The position numbers were made by a program, and so were the translations under genes. Source: Octopus sinensis (lineage: Eukaryota). Taken from it: DNA of 64,000 bases. The first letter of the stretch is position 1; each line of letters starts with the position of its first letter. Below the pieces are notes generated by a model, which was not told the origin of the DNA, did not search any database, and saw nothing but the letters and a program-made list of their open reading frames with translations. The stretch lies in NCBI RefSeq assembly GCF_006345805.1, contig NC_043002.1, positions 45,942,001 through 46,006,000 on the forward strand. Reading direction: 5' to 3'. Shown one piece after another: positions 40,104 to 54,027 of this stretch.

Positions 40104-42569
40104 TTTTAGCTAGTGTACATCCTAGTACAGTGTGGAGTTAGTGAGACAGTTTATGTTGTCATTGTGATGTATAGCTATTTTGGTGGTATGTGTTTCTATT
40201 TGTTTGTCAGAATTGGTTGAGATGGAAGTTGATCTAAGGCTGCTGTTGTGGATATTTGAGATTGTGTAGGATGGAACTTTCCACAAGAAACTGTTTTATT
40301 ATTGTTGTTTAACCCCAGGTGAGCATTGTGTGATCAAAAGCATTCCACCTGTAATCACTCTATCTTTATTTCAGGCAATGTATCAATGACTATGTTACCC
40401 GATGTATAATCTGAGGGATAGTTAGCTGTAATTTTTAGCAGGTTTTGTGACCTAGAGGCTCTCTAATATGTTTTGATAGTTTATGTACAAAAACCAGTCA
40501 AGAATATTCACTATGTTGTTTCTATATAGCTTGTTATAGAGACATTGAACATCCAAACCGAACTGGTATATAATTCATGATAGATTTGAAGTATTATTTG
40601 TATACCAGTATGGCACTGAGCTGGTAGAATCATTACCTTGCTGGGCAAAATGCTTGGCAGCATTTCTTCCAGCTTTACATTCTGAGTTCAAATCCCACTA
40701 AGATCAACTTTACCTTTCATCCTTTCTAGGTTAATAAAATAAGTACCAGTTGAGCACTCGTCATCATCGTCGTTTAACGTCCGTTTTCCATGCTAGCATG
40801 GGTTGGACGGTTCGACTGGGGCCGGGGAAGCCAGGAGACTGCACCAGGCACCAGTCTGATCTGGCAGTGTTTCTTCAGCTGGATGCCCTCTGTGAGTGTA
40901 GTGGGTGCTTTTTACGTGCCACCGGCACAGTTGCCAGAGGAGACTGGCAAATGGCCATGATCGTTGGTGCTTTTACGTGTCACTGATGCAGACGCCAGTC
41001 AGGCAGCACTGGCATCTGCCACATTTGGATGGTGCTTTTAACGTGTCACCAGCACGGGTATCTTAACTACAATTTCCATTTGATTTTCATTTTGATGTTG
41101 GTGTTAACGTACTTGACTCAATAGGTCTCCTCAAGAAAAGCGGGTCACTCTACGATCCAAGGTTAGCACAGCAAGCTGTCCTGCGAGCCATGAACCCACT
41201 TCATTTGTCGGGTCTTCGAAAGTCACAGCATATCTCCAGAGCGGTTGATATAATCAACTAGACCCATCTCCTAAACTTTCTGGCCTATAATAGAAAGAAT
41301 GATTTAGACTGTGAGCTGGCAGAATTGATAGCACATCAGACAAAAAGCTTGGTGACATTTCTTCCAACTTTCCATTCTGAGGTCAACTTTGTTGTTCATC
41401 CTTTCAGGATTGATAAAAATAAGCACCAGTTGAACACTGGGGTCAATGTAATCGATTGGTCCCCTCCCACAAAATTTCAGGCCTTGTGCCTATCATAGAG
41501 AAAATAATTTATATGCCAGTGCTGTTGTTTCTTTATGTTATCTAAATGTAATATCTGTAGGTAGTCTTACTCTGTGTGTAATTATGTGTTTGGCTTTCTT
41601 TACTATGTATTTTGTGCATGGTGTGGATGCTGTAGAGGTGTTGTTAGATAAATTCCTGTTATGCATCTATTGTGTGTATGTGTGTGCACATGTGCATGTG
41701 TGCATTCATGTGTGTGTGTGCATTGTGCATTCACATGTATGCTTGTTATATTTATGTTGTTAATTGAGATGACAAGCTGCATTTCATATTCTTTAGTTTT
41801 GCTGGTGAGAACAATCGAATTGGTACATTTTAGTAGGTACTAACTACTTTTATTAGTGAACTTCTTTGAAGTTAGGTTTCTCGATAACTGAGTTTGCTTT
41901 GAAGTTGTACTAGAAATAGCATCCAAATTTCCCTCAACGCATTATCTACTGTCTTAAAAAGAAGGCAACAAATATATTATTATTGTTATCATGGTAGGTA
42001 ATATAGTGACAGAAAATATAGATTGCTGGTTTAAGTGAGCTAAAAATATTTATATTTGCCTCTATAAACTGAATTCTAGGGATTAAATCACCCTGGTTTT
42101 TGTCTCTCCACATGTTTTAATGAAATAACGTGAATTTTAATTAATTTGGATAAACTCAACTGACTTATATACTTTATAGAAAAAAATTCATAGTTGCAAT
42201 ACTATTTAAAAGATCTTAATTTTCTGTTATCTTTGGTATTTGTATATAACATTAATTTATTCCCCATGGTAAATAACACTGGGTAACAAAATTAAAATTT
42301 TTTTTTGTTCTTTGGTCAGTAAGTGTTATTTCCTATTTGCTTCTATCTAGTAATCAAAGGAAAAGACAACTATTCCCTTCAAACTTTAGTTTTGTGACCT
42401 GTACATCAATGTTTTGAAATTGACCTATTTTCCATTACATTTCGGGCAGATTCAGCACTGAGTTACTGAAGCAGAAATATTGTTGTAGCTGAATACCACA
42501 GACTTGCCTTTCAGTTGCTTGACCATAACTACTTATGGTCAAGCATAAATATGTCCCTTAGCAGTTCAG

Positions 42570-42930
42570 TCCATTATCACTGAAGATATGGGTTTGTGCT
42601 AAAACTGCTTTCAGCTGAAGCAAAAAGACACTTGGGGTTCAGTTGCATGAGATCTCCATGATTGCATTGAGAACGATGAACACATTTTGAAAACTCTGCG
42701 TAGGCCCCTGAGCAGGTATTACCAAGCTTTAGGCAAAATTTGATGCAGATTCTCTGCTCAACTTTCTCTCACATGGTCAATGCAGTGATCACACACTACA
42801 CACCTTTCTTCCAAGCACTGCTGTAAACAGTGGAAAAGTAAGAGTTTGATTCTCTGTAGAGCATGCTGGTCACTTTTTCCATTTTCTAAGCTGTCTTCAC
42901 AGCCATCATGTGTTCAAGAATTCCTTTACT
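42570..42930 (-). mobile_element. Mariner N-terminal fragment
   Basis: Minus-strand EQRICIKFCLKLG motif. Confidence 0.6.
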
Positions 42931-43164
42931 TTCTGCAGAATAAATATAGGTTATGAGAGGTAATGGTGTCAAGAAGACCCAAAGGTGTCAGGTAACGCTG
43001 AGTAAGTGCTATGGACAGACTATAGTTAAGCTCCAGGTTCGGTGATTATGCGAATGAGGAGTCCAACGTAGGTCATATATCAGCATGAGTATATATTAAA
43101 AAATTGACAGAATGAGATAAAAATCCAAGGCTGTGAAAGATTTCAGAACATTTATAAATAGAAG

Positions 43165-43212
43165 GTCTTACAGCTGTTTCCGGGATATTTGATATATCCC
43201 TTCATTGGAGAC
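43165..43212 (-). ncRNA. Hammerhead-like motif with variant core CCAAUGA
   Basis: GTCT-CCAATGA-A-GGGATAT-ATCAA-ATATCCC-G-GAAA-CAGCTG-TA-AGAC. Confidence 0.6.
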
Positions 43213-43473
43213 GGTGTGAGAAAATATTTAAGCAATAGTTATTCTAGATAAGATATGAAATAGAAAGTGAAGTGTTTAGTCAAACAAATTGACACCAGTA
43301 TTTCTTTTTTTTTTTTAGTCTGGTACTTATTCTATCAGCCTCTTTTACTGAACTGCTATGTTATGGGGGCGTGAAGAAACACACAGAGACACTCATACTT
43401 GCATGCATACATACATACATGTGTGCATGTATATATATATATATATATACACATACATGTGTGCATGTATATA

Positions 43474-43509
<36 letters not shown>

Positions 43510-43704
43510 GATATATTATATAAAAGGGCTTAGTAAAATAAATTACTTTGCCGCATACTGAACTCATTAGAAATAGCAGCTAAAAAAACTTTTTTAAAAC
43601 TATTTCTAATACTTAAAGAAAACCTCTCTCATATAGTGTTTGCTCAATTCAACTCACGCAAATATGGGGGTAGAGACATTAAAAAATCAAGTGCAAAGGT
43701 TATT

Positions 43705-43757
43705 TGAGAATGTACGTTTCAAGATTAGTCAAAGTCGACATTTCTATCATCAGCTCA
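43705..43757 (-). ncRNA. Type I hammerhead ribozyme motif (mirror copy; stem III CGTACA)
   Basis: Reverse complement of 44181-44233 with one G>A change in stem III. Confidence 0.65.
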
Positions 43758-44180
43758 GAACTCCCTGGTTTGGATTTGAAAACACTGAAAGTGGGAGCAT
43801 ACCCTTTCGGCTTCCTCTCGCTTCTGAAGATCTGCTCGTAACTAACAGTGCCAACAAACTCAAAAATGCAAGCGAAGAATTTCTGCTCTCCCCTTTCCAC
43901 CAGCGTGGGTTAAAATCAGTAAACACTATGCTTTTTTCAGTAAAATCCGCGGCATTATATAGAGAGAGATGAATTATATATAATGCCGCGGATTTTACCG
44001 AAAAAAGCATAGTGTTTACTGATTTTAACCCACGCTGGTGGAAAGGGGAGAGCAGAAATTCTTCGCTTGCATTTTTGAGTTTGTTGGCACTGTTAGTTAC
44101 GAGCAGATCTTCAGAAGCGAGAGGAAGCCGAAAGGGTATGCTCCCACTTTCAGTGTTTTCAAATCCAAACCAGGGAGTTC

Positions 44181-44233
44181 TGAGCTGATGATAGAAATGT
44201 CGACTTTGACTAATCTTGAAACGTACGTTCTCA
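44181..44233 (+). ncRNA. Type I hammerhead ribozyme motif, intact core
   Basis: TGAG-CTGATGA-[stem II AGA/TCT plus GTCG/TGAC]-GAAA-CGTACG-TT-CTCA. Stem I TGAG/CTCA, palindromic stem III. Confidence 0.75.
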
Positions 44234-44514
44234 AATAACCTTTGCACTTGATTTTTAATGTCTCTACCCCCATATTTGCGTGAGTTGAATTGAGCAAACA
44301 CTATATGAGAGAGGTTTTCTTAAGTATTAGAAATAGTTTTAAAAAAGTTTTTTTAGCTGCTATTTCTAATGAGTTCAGTATGCGGCAAAGTAATTTATTT
44401 TACTAAGCCCTTTTATATAATGTAATAATTTGAATTCGCCTTAATGGTCCCTTTGCATACTGAATACTTGGTGAAATTGATTAATTAATTAATTTTACCC
44501 TCAATTGTTGAAAT

Positions 44515-44581
<67 letters not shown>

Positions 44582-45479
44582 GCTGTGGTCACCAATTGTG
44601 GTGGTTGAAGTGACATGCCATGTCATGTCGATATGATGTGGCCGACTACCAAATGTAGCATGTAGATGTAAAGCTTGCAGTTTCTTGTGTTGGAGTAAGC
44701 AGTGAACATCAAAGAATCAACACCAAGAAGGAAGAAATAGTATTTACATATATTTATTTGTTTGCCCAACAAGTAGTTAGAGAGACAGCGGTAATTGTAG
44801 TGGTAGTAACAAAAAGGTTGGCTCGCTGGTTGGTAGTTGATAGTGTAGAAGTTGTTGTCTGCCAGTAGAGCGTGAAAGAGTAAGGAATGCATGGTGCTGA
44901 CTAGAAAGGAAGAAAGGATACAGGTGGCATCATTTTTCTTGTAGCTGAAAGCTTCTCTTCATATTTCACGACACACACACACACACATCAACACACACAC
45001 ATGATGGGCTTCCACATAAATTCCATCTACCAAATTCATTCACAAGGTATTGGTTGGTCCAGGACTGTAGATACAAGGTGTGATACAGTTGGACTGAACT
45101 TGAAAAGATGTGGTTGCAAAGTGAGCTATTTTTTTCTGTTTTTTAGTAGAGTTGGGAAGAGAAGAGGAGAAACAAATATTCTTTGTAGAGAGTCAGTAAC
45201 AGTTGAGAGCTGAAATATTTTTTCTATGTCTGAAGAAGAAGACTAGTGTTTGTAATCCAGTGCTATGTTATGAATACAATATCACTAAGGAAAGTACATT
45301 TGAACATTATTAAAACGTTTGTGGAGTGTTATGTATTATGATGGATACATGGTGGGTAGCTGTGATTAGGCATCTAATAGGGATAGAGATGATTAATTTG
45401 GTAAAGGCTGAGTTGAAAAGTAAGAAGGAGATCAAGAGTGCTTTGGGTATCTGTTCATCAATTATGGATATGTATGAGT

Positions 45480-45997
45480 GAAATAAGGTGGCAGATAGTA
45501 CTAGGCAGAGAGGCAATGGTCAGCATGAGCAAGGTCTGGAAGAGTAGAGACATCAGCCTCGCTACCAAATGCAGATTGGTGAATGCAATCGTCTTCCCAA
45601 TAGCAACATATGGATGTGAGACCTGAACACTAAAGAAAGCTGACCAGTAGAGAATTAATGCATTCAAGCTTTCATGTTGGAGAAGACTTTTACGCATTCC
45701 ATGGACAGCGAGGCTCTCCAATGGAGAAGTTCTTAACCAGATGAAGCCGAAACTGTCGCTGGAAGCTAGGATCACCAAGCATAGATTGGCATATTTTGGT
45801 CATATTATGCGGAGAAAATCCCTGGAATGGTCAGTGGCAAGAGAGGAAGAGGTCAACCAAGAACCCGCTGGCTTGACACCATTAAGAGTGACACAGGAAT
45901 GGTCATAGCCAATCTGAAAGGAGTGACCTGAGATAGAACTGGCTGGAGAACACTGATCCATCGAGTAACCGAGAGTTGACCTCGACTGAGTGGATAG
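45480..45997 (+). mobile_element. RTE (BovB-like) LINE 3' fragment
   Basis: Reads KVWKSRDISLATKCRLVNAIVFPIATYGCET*TL...CWRRLLRIPWT...YFGHIMRR...RGRGQPRTRWLD with stops. Confidence 0.88.
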
Positions 45998-46474
45998 AGA
46001 GAGAGAGATGAGTGATGATACTCATTGTTGTAGAGAGTTCAAGACTGATAAAGATTTGATTTCCGCAGCACCAGTAATTAATATGGGAGTGGGGCAAGAG
46101 CGAAAACAGTTGAAAGTCAGTGAGCTCAATGAAGATGATAACTTCAGACAAGGGTGGAGATTGATAGTCAAGCTGTTGTTGGTGATCGGAGGAGTTAACC
46201 ATAACTGTATCATTCTGGATCAATACTTATTTTTATTTATTTGATATCACATCTTATAAACAAAAGCATTATTGGTTACAGGTTTCAAACTGCAATGGTT
46301 CACTATATTTATGGTGGTGAAGGAGTATCTGTGTGACTGAGATACAATAAATACTAGATGGTAATTCAGGCTGAAAACACTAGTTTATCAGTTTTCTCAG
46401 TGGTGAAAGTTTATCAGTTTCTCAATGGTGAAAGATATGCATATGCATACACAATCACATATGCTTGCACATGC

Positions 46475-46531
<57 letters not shown>

Positions 46532-46992
46532 CCCACACACACAACACACACACACACCACACACACACACTAGGCTTTGGTACAGTTTCTGTTGGCCAAA
46601 TTCTGCTCAAAAATCAATGTTCAATCGAAGGTTATGTTAGAAAATTCTTGCCTCAGATACTGTGCAATGGGGTCAAATCCAGAACTACTTGACTGTGAAA
46701 CAGAATTTTTAACTACACAGCCATGCCTGTGCTCCAGTGTGAGATAATTCAGTGTGGATGTTTGGATGCTTATGATTTGGCACAACTGACTGTATGTTCA
46801 ACCTGTTTTGATGTCAGTATGTTTCGGCACTGGAGGCAAGCACGCACGTGTGCGTGTGCACTCATACACAAACACACACACACATGCAGTTATGTGCAGA
46901 AATAAACACATACAGATAGAAAGAGTGAGAAGGGGAGAGAGAGAGACAGATGAAGAGAGATATTACACGTGTACAAAAGTAGATGCTAACAT

Positions 46993-47042
<50 letters not shown>

Positions 47043-48619
47043 AGATAATGATAGGGAGAATGAGAGAAACATTAAAATGTCTGATATTGATTAAGTCAAA
47101 AACGAATCAACAATGCAAAAATATCTCATATCCTCTGTACACTGAACTTATTTTTATTATAAGGTAGGCAGTAGGATAAAGAGCTGTAGGGGGTAAGTAG
47201 AAAGCTCACAGTGAATTATGTCTGTGATCTGGTTTCAGTTCCTAAGTTCATTTGTTGTGTAGTCAAAATGGCTGAATTTAATGAGGTGTGAGTTTACTTA
47301 TTTGATGATAGTTCAGTTCAAATTAGATCTCTTATCTGCAACATAATGAAGAAACAGCAACTAAATACTGCTTCTAATGTTCCCTAGAGGTTTCTGAAAA
47401 GATTAAAGTTATATTTTTGGGAGGAGCATAAATAGCCCAGCATCTAAATTTCGCATCTCCCCATAAAGCTGAGGTTCTACTTATTTTTCTTTACAATTTA
47501 TTTTATATCATAATTTATCCTGGTGGGATTTGAACTCAGAATATTGTAAGATGAAATTAAATACTTTATGGCTGTGTAGTTCAGAAGCTTGTGTTACAGC
47601 CATGTGATTTTGGGTTCAGTTCTACTGCATGGTACCTTGGGCAAGTGTCTTCTACTATAGCCCCAGGCTGACCAATGCCTTGTGAATGAATTTGGTAAAT
47701 ATAAACTGTGTGGAAGCACATTGTGCTTGTGTGTGTGTGTGTTTGTGTGCTTTTGTCCCCCCCCCCTCCACATTACTTTTGACAACCAGTGTTGGTTTGC
47801 TTATATCCTCATAACTTAGTGGTAGAGCGAAAGCGATCATTAGAATGAGTACCAGACTTAAAAATACAGAAGTACTATGGTCAATCAGTAGAATTAAAAC
47901 CCTTCAAAGCAATCCTCCAGTATGGCTGCAGTCCAGTGACTGATACAAGTAAAAAAAAAAAAAGAAGAGAAAAGAAAATGCTAATCAGTTTGGCATTTTA
48001 CTGTTTTGGGTAACAAGGTTCAAATTGGATGGTAGAAATTTGATCTAGAAACAGAAAGTACAATCATATTTAATAGTTTGATGTAGGTAAAGGAAAACTA
48101 CAACTCTAGATTGTGTATGTGGAATTTTTGGTTCACATGTTAAGACAAAATATGACCTTTGTATTCAGAAATGAAATATGAGAGCATGGCATCTCACATC
48201 TGAAGTGGATGAAATATAATACTAGTAAAAATTAATGCACCCAAAATGCTAATGATTTCTTTACTTTTAAATAATGTTGGCTGTGAGTTGGCAGAATTGT
48301 TAGCGCATCAAACAAAATGTTTAGCAGTCTTTCTTCTGACTCTTTACATTCTCAGTTCATATTCTGCCCAACTTTACTTTTCATTTTTTTCAGGCTTGGT
48401 AAAATAAAGTAACAGTTAAGTACTGGGGTTGATGTAATTGTCTAAGCCTCTCGTCTAAAATTGCTGGCCTTGTGCCAAAATTTGAAACAATTATTTACAT
48501 TAAATGGGTGACTGAATGTCTGAATCTATAAAACATAGAGCTATATTCTTTATTGTATTATATTCTATCTTTTGTAAGTTTTCAGTTAAAATCACAGAGG
48601 TGAAGTCAGATCAGGTTGG

Positions 48620-49130
48620 GGAATATACCGGAGCATGCACCATTGCAGCGTGTCACTGCATCCACTATTTGTCAGTATTTGCTGGGGTCATCCCAGGCTA
48701 TCCTCCGAGCAGCAGTGTCCTAGTCAGTTCCCATCTCTCTGAGATATCTCCTCATCTGCCATGACCATGTGACACGAGGCCGACCATTGTGAATTGTCAT
48801 CCCAGCTGATCCTCAGAGAAGAGGATATGGTATGCAGGATGTAACCTAAAAAATAGAGCAACATGACCAAACAGTCTGAACTGACACACCCAGATCTTAC
48901 AAATAACAGGACACATACCAGTTTCTGAGTATAGTCATTGATTGAACACAAAATCCAACCAATGGTAACTCATAATCCTGCAAAGCATCCTGCTACTAGA
49001 GGAGTTCAGATGGCTCCTGAGGGCTTTGGACAGTGTCCAAGTCTTGCAACCATAGAGCAAGACAGAGATGACCAGAGATCTGAAAATCCAAACCTTTGTC
49101 CTCATGCTCAGATATTGGCACTACCAAACA
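48620..49130 (-). mobile_element. Old RTE LINE fragment
   Basis: Minus strand reads TKVWIFRSLVISVLLYGCKTWTL and LFGHVA. Confidence 0.7.
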
Positions 49131-51162
49131 CTCATGTCTAGTGACTCAACAACTATACCAGTATATCCAAGTCTTTTTAAGACTTCAGGCTCACAGCTAA
49201 TGCTGCAATTATGACCATTAATATTCTGAGTTCTGCAATTATGGCCATTAATGTTCTGACCCCTATGGAGGTCAACCATGCCTTTCATTCGACCAGGATC
49301 AATAAATCCATTACTAGTTAAGTTCTGGGGTTGATACAATCAATTATCCCCCTCCCATAAAATTTCAGGCCTTGTCTCTGATTTAGAAATAATTATTAAT
49401 AATATTTTTTATTAATGGTTTAGTCACTGGGTGAAGGGAAAAATACTAGGAAGAAATCACGAGCAAGGTGCCTAGTCTCATTCAGGAATGGGCTGTGAGG
49501 AAAATGTTTCTTAACTCTTTAGCATTTAAACTGGCTATATCTGGCTAAAATATTCTTCTTGTTTTATGTTCAAACTGGTCAGATCCAGCCTTCCTACAAT
49601 GTTAGTCTAAAAAATAAATGATCACATCATGGAAATGTCAAAGCTACAAGATAATGCAAGATAAATTACAAACCAATATGAATAAATAAGCATTACATTT
49701 GACAGAATTATCTAAATGCTAAAGGGTTACATGCCAGGGAGAAGTGAGTGACACCTGCATTGTTTCAGTCAGTGGTGTACTGTTGTCTGACCATTGTACC
49801 TTGCCTCAAGAAACATCTGACTAGTTGGGCCTCCAAGAAAAAGTTTGCAAGGTAGAGTATAATTGCTTTTTGACCCTGAGGGAGTTTCTCTCAAGGCTTT
49901 ACACTTCCTAAAGTGGAACCATAAGTGTTTTAGCAAAATTCTCTGGTGTAGCCTACATCTGGAACGCTATACTGGGAGGTGGCCTTAATCCCTATGACTT
50001 CTCTGTGCTGATCTGGTCCTGCAAGGCAGCAGATTGGTGATACAACTTTGGTCACCCATTGCTCTGTATAAGGTGGGGTAATGACAAAATCCTTGCGCTT
50101 CCTCCATGCTGTTTCAGATGGCCACCACTGCTTCATGCTGTTTCCCTCTTGTCACACAAATCACAGCAGACCATGACTCTTCCAAGCAGTTCTTGGTTTG
50201 TATTGGAGATACTGCAGCTTTCTGTCTCTATTGTTGATGCACCTGTAAAGAAGTGTTCTTATTCAGGGTGCTGTTCATTTCCTCAGCTGGAAGTGTCATC
50301 ACCTCAGGGCATATGCTATCATTTGTATTATGTATTATACACTATATTTTCTTTGTTCCCGAGTAAATGATACATCCATTGACTGTCAGCGTTGACAAAT
50401 GATAGTAATCTTAGTTGTGATTTCATCATTGTTATTTTTGTTTTTGCTTTTTTTTGCTACTACTACAAATAGCTGTGTAGATTTTGGTATTATCTGCATT
50501 TCCTTGGTGTAATCTAGCAGCTTTGGCTGTGACATCAATGCTTTTGGTTGCTATGCAGCAGCAGTAGTTACTGTAATAGAAATGCCACTTATTTGGTGAG
50601 GTATTCTTACTCTCCCCCTTGCTCCTTTCTTCATCTCTTACTTCCCTCTCTTTTTTATCAAGTAAAAACTATTATTATTTTTTCTCTGGACTCCATTAAA
50701 AAAGAAAAAGAAAAATTATTAAAAACAATATATTTTTCACAACGGTAATGATTCAATTAAAATATGGCTTTCTACAAGATCAATAAAAAGAAAAAGACCA
50801 TGCACCTCTTCTGGTGTGCTCTGCAACAAAATGTTCAACAATAAAAACATTTATGAAATCCTGTTAAAGCAAAAAGACAAAAAATTGGTAAACTTACAGG
50901 AACAGATAATTCCATGACAATCAGTGAATGCATTAATAATGATTTAAAATTTTGGCACAAGGCCAACAATTTCAGGGGAGGCAGTAAGTTGATTACACCA
51001 ACCCCAGTTCTCGAGTGGTACTAATTTTATTGACCCCAAAAGGATGAAAGGTGACGTTGACCCCAACAGAATTTGAACTCAGAACGTTAAGACAAATTAA
51101 ATGCCATTAAATATTTTGCTTGGTGTGTTAACAATTCTGTCAGTTTGCTGCCTTAGTGAATG

Positions 51163-51204
<42 letters not shown>

Positions 51205-51219
51205 TAATAATAATAATAA

Positions 51220-51583
51220 CTAGCACTATGACCCGGCAGTGCCGGGTCATAGTACTAGTGCATACATATACAGCTGCGTGCGCACATACACTCAAGTACT
51301 GTCCAAACCTCCGACCTATCACATACAGCTAGCTGGCATTCAATTGGCGTATCAAGTTTCGAGCATTTTGATTGGGTTTTGGATAGAAAATTCACAAAAA
51401 AGTCACTTCTATTGATTTTTTAATGGCTTTGCTGGGTGACTGGGGAAATGTAAAGATGTGCACAACCACCCTTGGACGGTTTTGAATGACCATAGAAAGT
51501 GCAAGTTCTCTAACTGAAAAATTGTGGATTTGTATAAAGGACACACACACACACAGGCATTTTGCTGTTTATATATATAGAGA
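51220..51583 (-). mobile_element. Non-autonomous Helitron-like element inserted in (AAT)n
   Basis: Reverse-complement homologue of 11504-11868 with the same TC and CTAG ends. Confidence 0.75.
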
Positions 51584-52392
51584 TAATAATAATAATAATA
51601 ATAATCATAATAAAAATAGTAATTATGGTTTCTAATTTAAGCACAAAGCCAGCAATACTGAGAGGTGTGGGTGAGTCCTTTAAATTGACCCCAATATTTA
51701 ACTGGTGTTTTATTCTATTGGCTTCAGAAGTATGAAAAGCCAAGTTGACCTCTGCTAATTACAAAGAGAGGGAGTGGTGCTTACTAGCAGCAATAGTTAG
51801 AAGAGGGAATGTTTGCTCCCTTAATTTTAGGATTGGGCATGAGGTGGCCTCTTCCTCTTCCATTTCTGAAGTTGTGACTGATGGTGCTTTGGAAGCTGGA
51901 TCCTGCTACTTTGGCTGCTCCCCACTACTTTCCTCTCTCCTCTGTTTTTCTTGTTTTTTAGTTCTTCCTGATAAAAGGCCATCAACTTGGCCTTTTGCTC
52001 AGACCATCTGTCTCATGCCATTTGTTTCTGTACTCACAGATGGAAACAGTTGTAGTGTCACTTTGTGGCCTTCAGAAGTTTGGTCATTCAGACTTGAAAG
52101 TCTTTCTGCCTTCTCCTGAACACATGTTTCTCATTACTCCTGTGCTAACTACTCATGCTAGATCTGGTGCTTATCCTATTGGTCTTTTGATTTTGCTGAA
52201 CTGCTAAGTTACAGGGACATAAACAAACCAACACTAGTGGGACAAACATAAACACACACACACACACAACAAGCTTCTTTCAGTTTCTGTCTACCAAATC
52301 CACACACAAGGCTTTGGTTGGCCCAAGACTATAGTAGAAAACACTTGCCATGCAGTGGGACTGAACCTGTGGTTGGGAAAGCTGTACAGTAG

Positions 52393-52498
52393 TGATGATG
52401 ATGATGACGATGATGGCGAGGATGAGAACAATGATGAGGATGATGACAATGACGATGATGACGAGGATGAGGATGAAGATGACGACAATGATGACGAT
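52393..52498. repeat. (GAT/GAC/GAG)n trinucleotide repeat inside a SINE
   Basis: Direct inspection. Confidence 0.9.
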
Positions 52499-53973
52499 AG
52501 GCTTTCATACAATTTCTGTCTACCAATTCCACTCAGGTTGTATTGTTTAGCCTGAAGATGTTGTAAAAGACCCTAGTATCTAAATATATTATAGTTGTTC
52601 TCCCAGAGAGAAGGATTAGCATTAAGCCACAAAATTTTCAGAGCATGATCATCAATCTCGTTGTTTCCTTGGTTTTTTACTTTATTGACCCTGCATGACT
52701 GAAAGGTAAAGTTGAGGATGTAGGATTTGAACTCAAAATTCAGTAAGACATTTTATCCAGTAATACACCAGTAAGGTGGTGAGCTGGCAGAAGCGTTAGC
52801 ATGCCATCGTCTGTCTTTATGTTCAAATTCCACCAAGGTCATCTTTGCCTTTCATCCTTTCAGGGTTGATTAAATAAGTACCAATTGTGCATTGGGGTTG
52901 ATCTAATCGACTGGCCTCTCTCCCAAAATTTTAGGCCTTTTGTCTAGAGTGGAAAAGAATACACCAGTTCTTCCATCCACCACTCTTGGTAACAATAATG
53001 GTTTCAAACTTTGGCACAAGACCAACAATTTTAGGGGTGGTGGCAAGTCAGTTACATCGACCCCAGTGTTCAACTGGTACTTTCTTTGTTGACTCCAAAA
53101 AGATGAAAAGCAAAGTCAACCTGAGTGCAATTTGAACTCAGACTGTAAAGACAAAATGCAGCTAAACATTTTGCACAGTATACTAACAGTTTTACCAGCT
53201 CACCATCTTACCCTTGATAACAATAATAATAATAAACTGATAAGAGAGTCTTTATATGGTCACTTTAACTGGTAGAAATAGCAGTCAATGAACTTGCAAA
53301 TCTCTCTCTACTCTCTTAAAGGAAGGATACATTGGGTAATGTTGTTTTAGATATACTATGTCTGAAATTGAGATGGATTAGTCATGGCTGGATTGCTTTT
53401 GACCATACGTTTGTTTGATTAAGTCTGACCTGGGGATAGATAACAACAACAACAACAACAGCAGCAAAAATGTTCAAACATAGGTACAAGGCCTGAAATT
53501 TGGGGGACAGTTTAGTGGATTATAGTGATCCTTGTATTGTATTGAGTGGTACTTTATTTTAAGGAACCCTAAAAGGATGAAAGGCAAAGTTAACCACAGT
53601 GATAACTCAACTCAAAATGTAAAGAGCCACAGTATATATCACTAAGCATTTTGTCTGTTGCTCTACTCATTTGCCAATTTACTGTCCTAACAACAATGAT
53701 GACAATAACAATTTCTTTATTACAGACAAGGCCCTTAAATGGCGTGGTTTATTGACCTTTAGTTGGCACCTTCTTGCCAATAGTATCCTAGTGACTTACA
53801 GCCAGTATAGATCCATCTGTTATGGATTATCCAGTTGGTTCTAGTATTTTTCCAAGCTGTACATTAGTGATGTTATCTTAAAATATTGTTTGTTTTTTTC
53901 CATTAGCATTCCTGTTTGTAGTTTGCAGACTTTTAATAACCATTGTCTGCCCAAGAGCTTATGCTATAAATCC

Positions 53974-54027
<54 letters not shown>

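Larger units (their letters stand above)
43515..44421. repeat. ~907-bp near-perfect inverted repeat (arms 43515-43961 and 43977-44421, 15-nt spacer)
   Basis: Arms are reverse complements with only about four differences found by eye (two 1-nt indels, two substitutions). Confidence 0.95.
43515..44518 (+). mobile_element. Penelope-like element terminus (pLTR) with inverted partial copy, between (TA)n tracts
   Basis: Fold-back structure, hammerhead motif and microsatellite anchoring. Homologous to 12156-12570. Confidence 0.6.

Noticed and set aside
43640-44301. 110-aa and 183-aa ORFs in the palindrome
   Set aside because: They are mirror images of each other, start at non-ATG codons, run antisense to the hammerhead strand and show no recognisable domain.
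45229-45305. CTGAAGA, hairpin, GAAA arrangement
   Set aside because: No credible stem I or stem III. The similar motif at 37800-37860 lacks the CUGANGA core.
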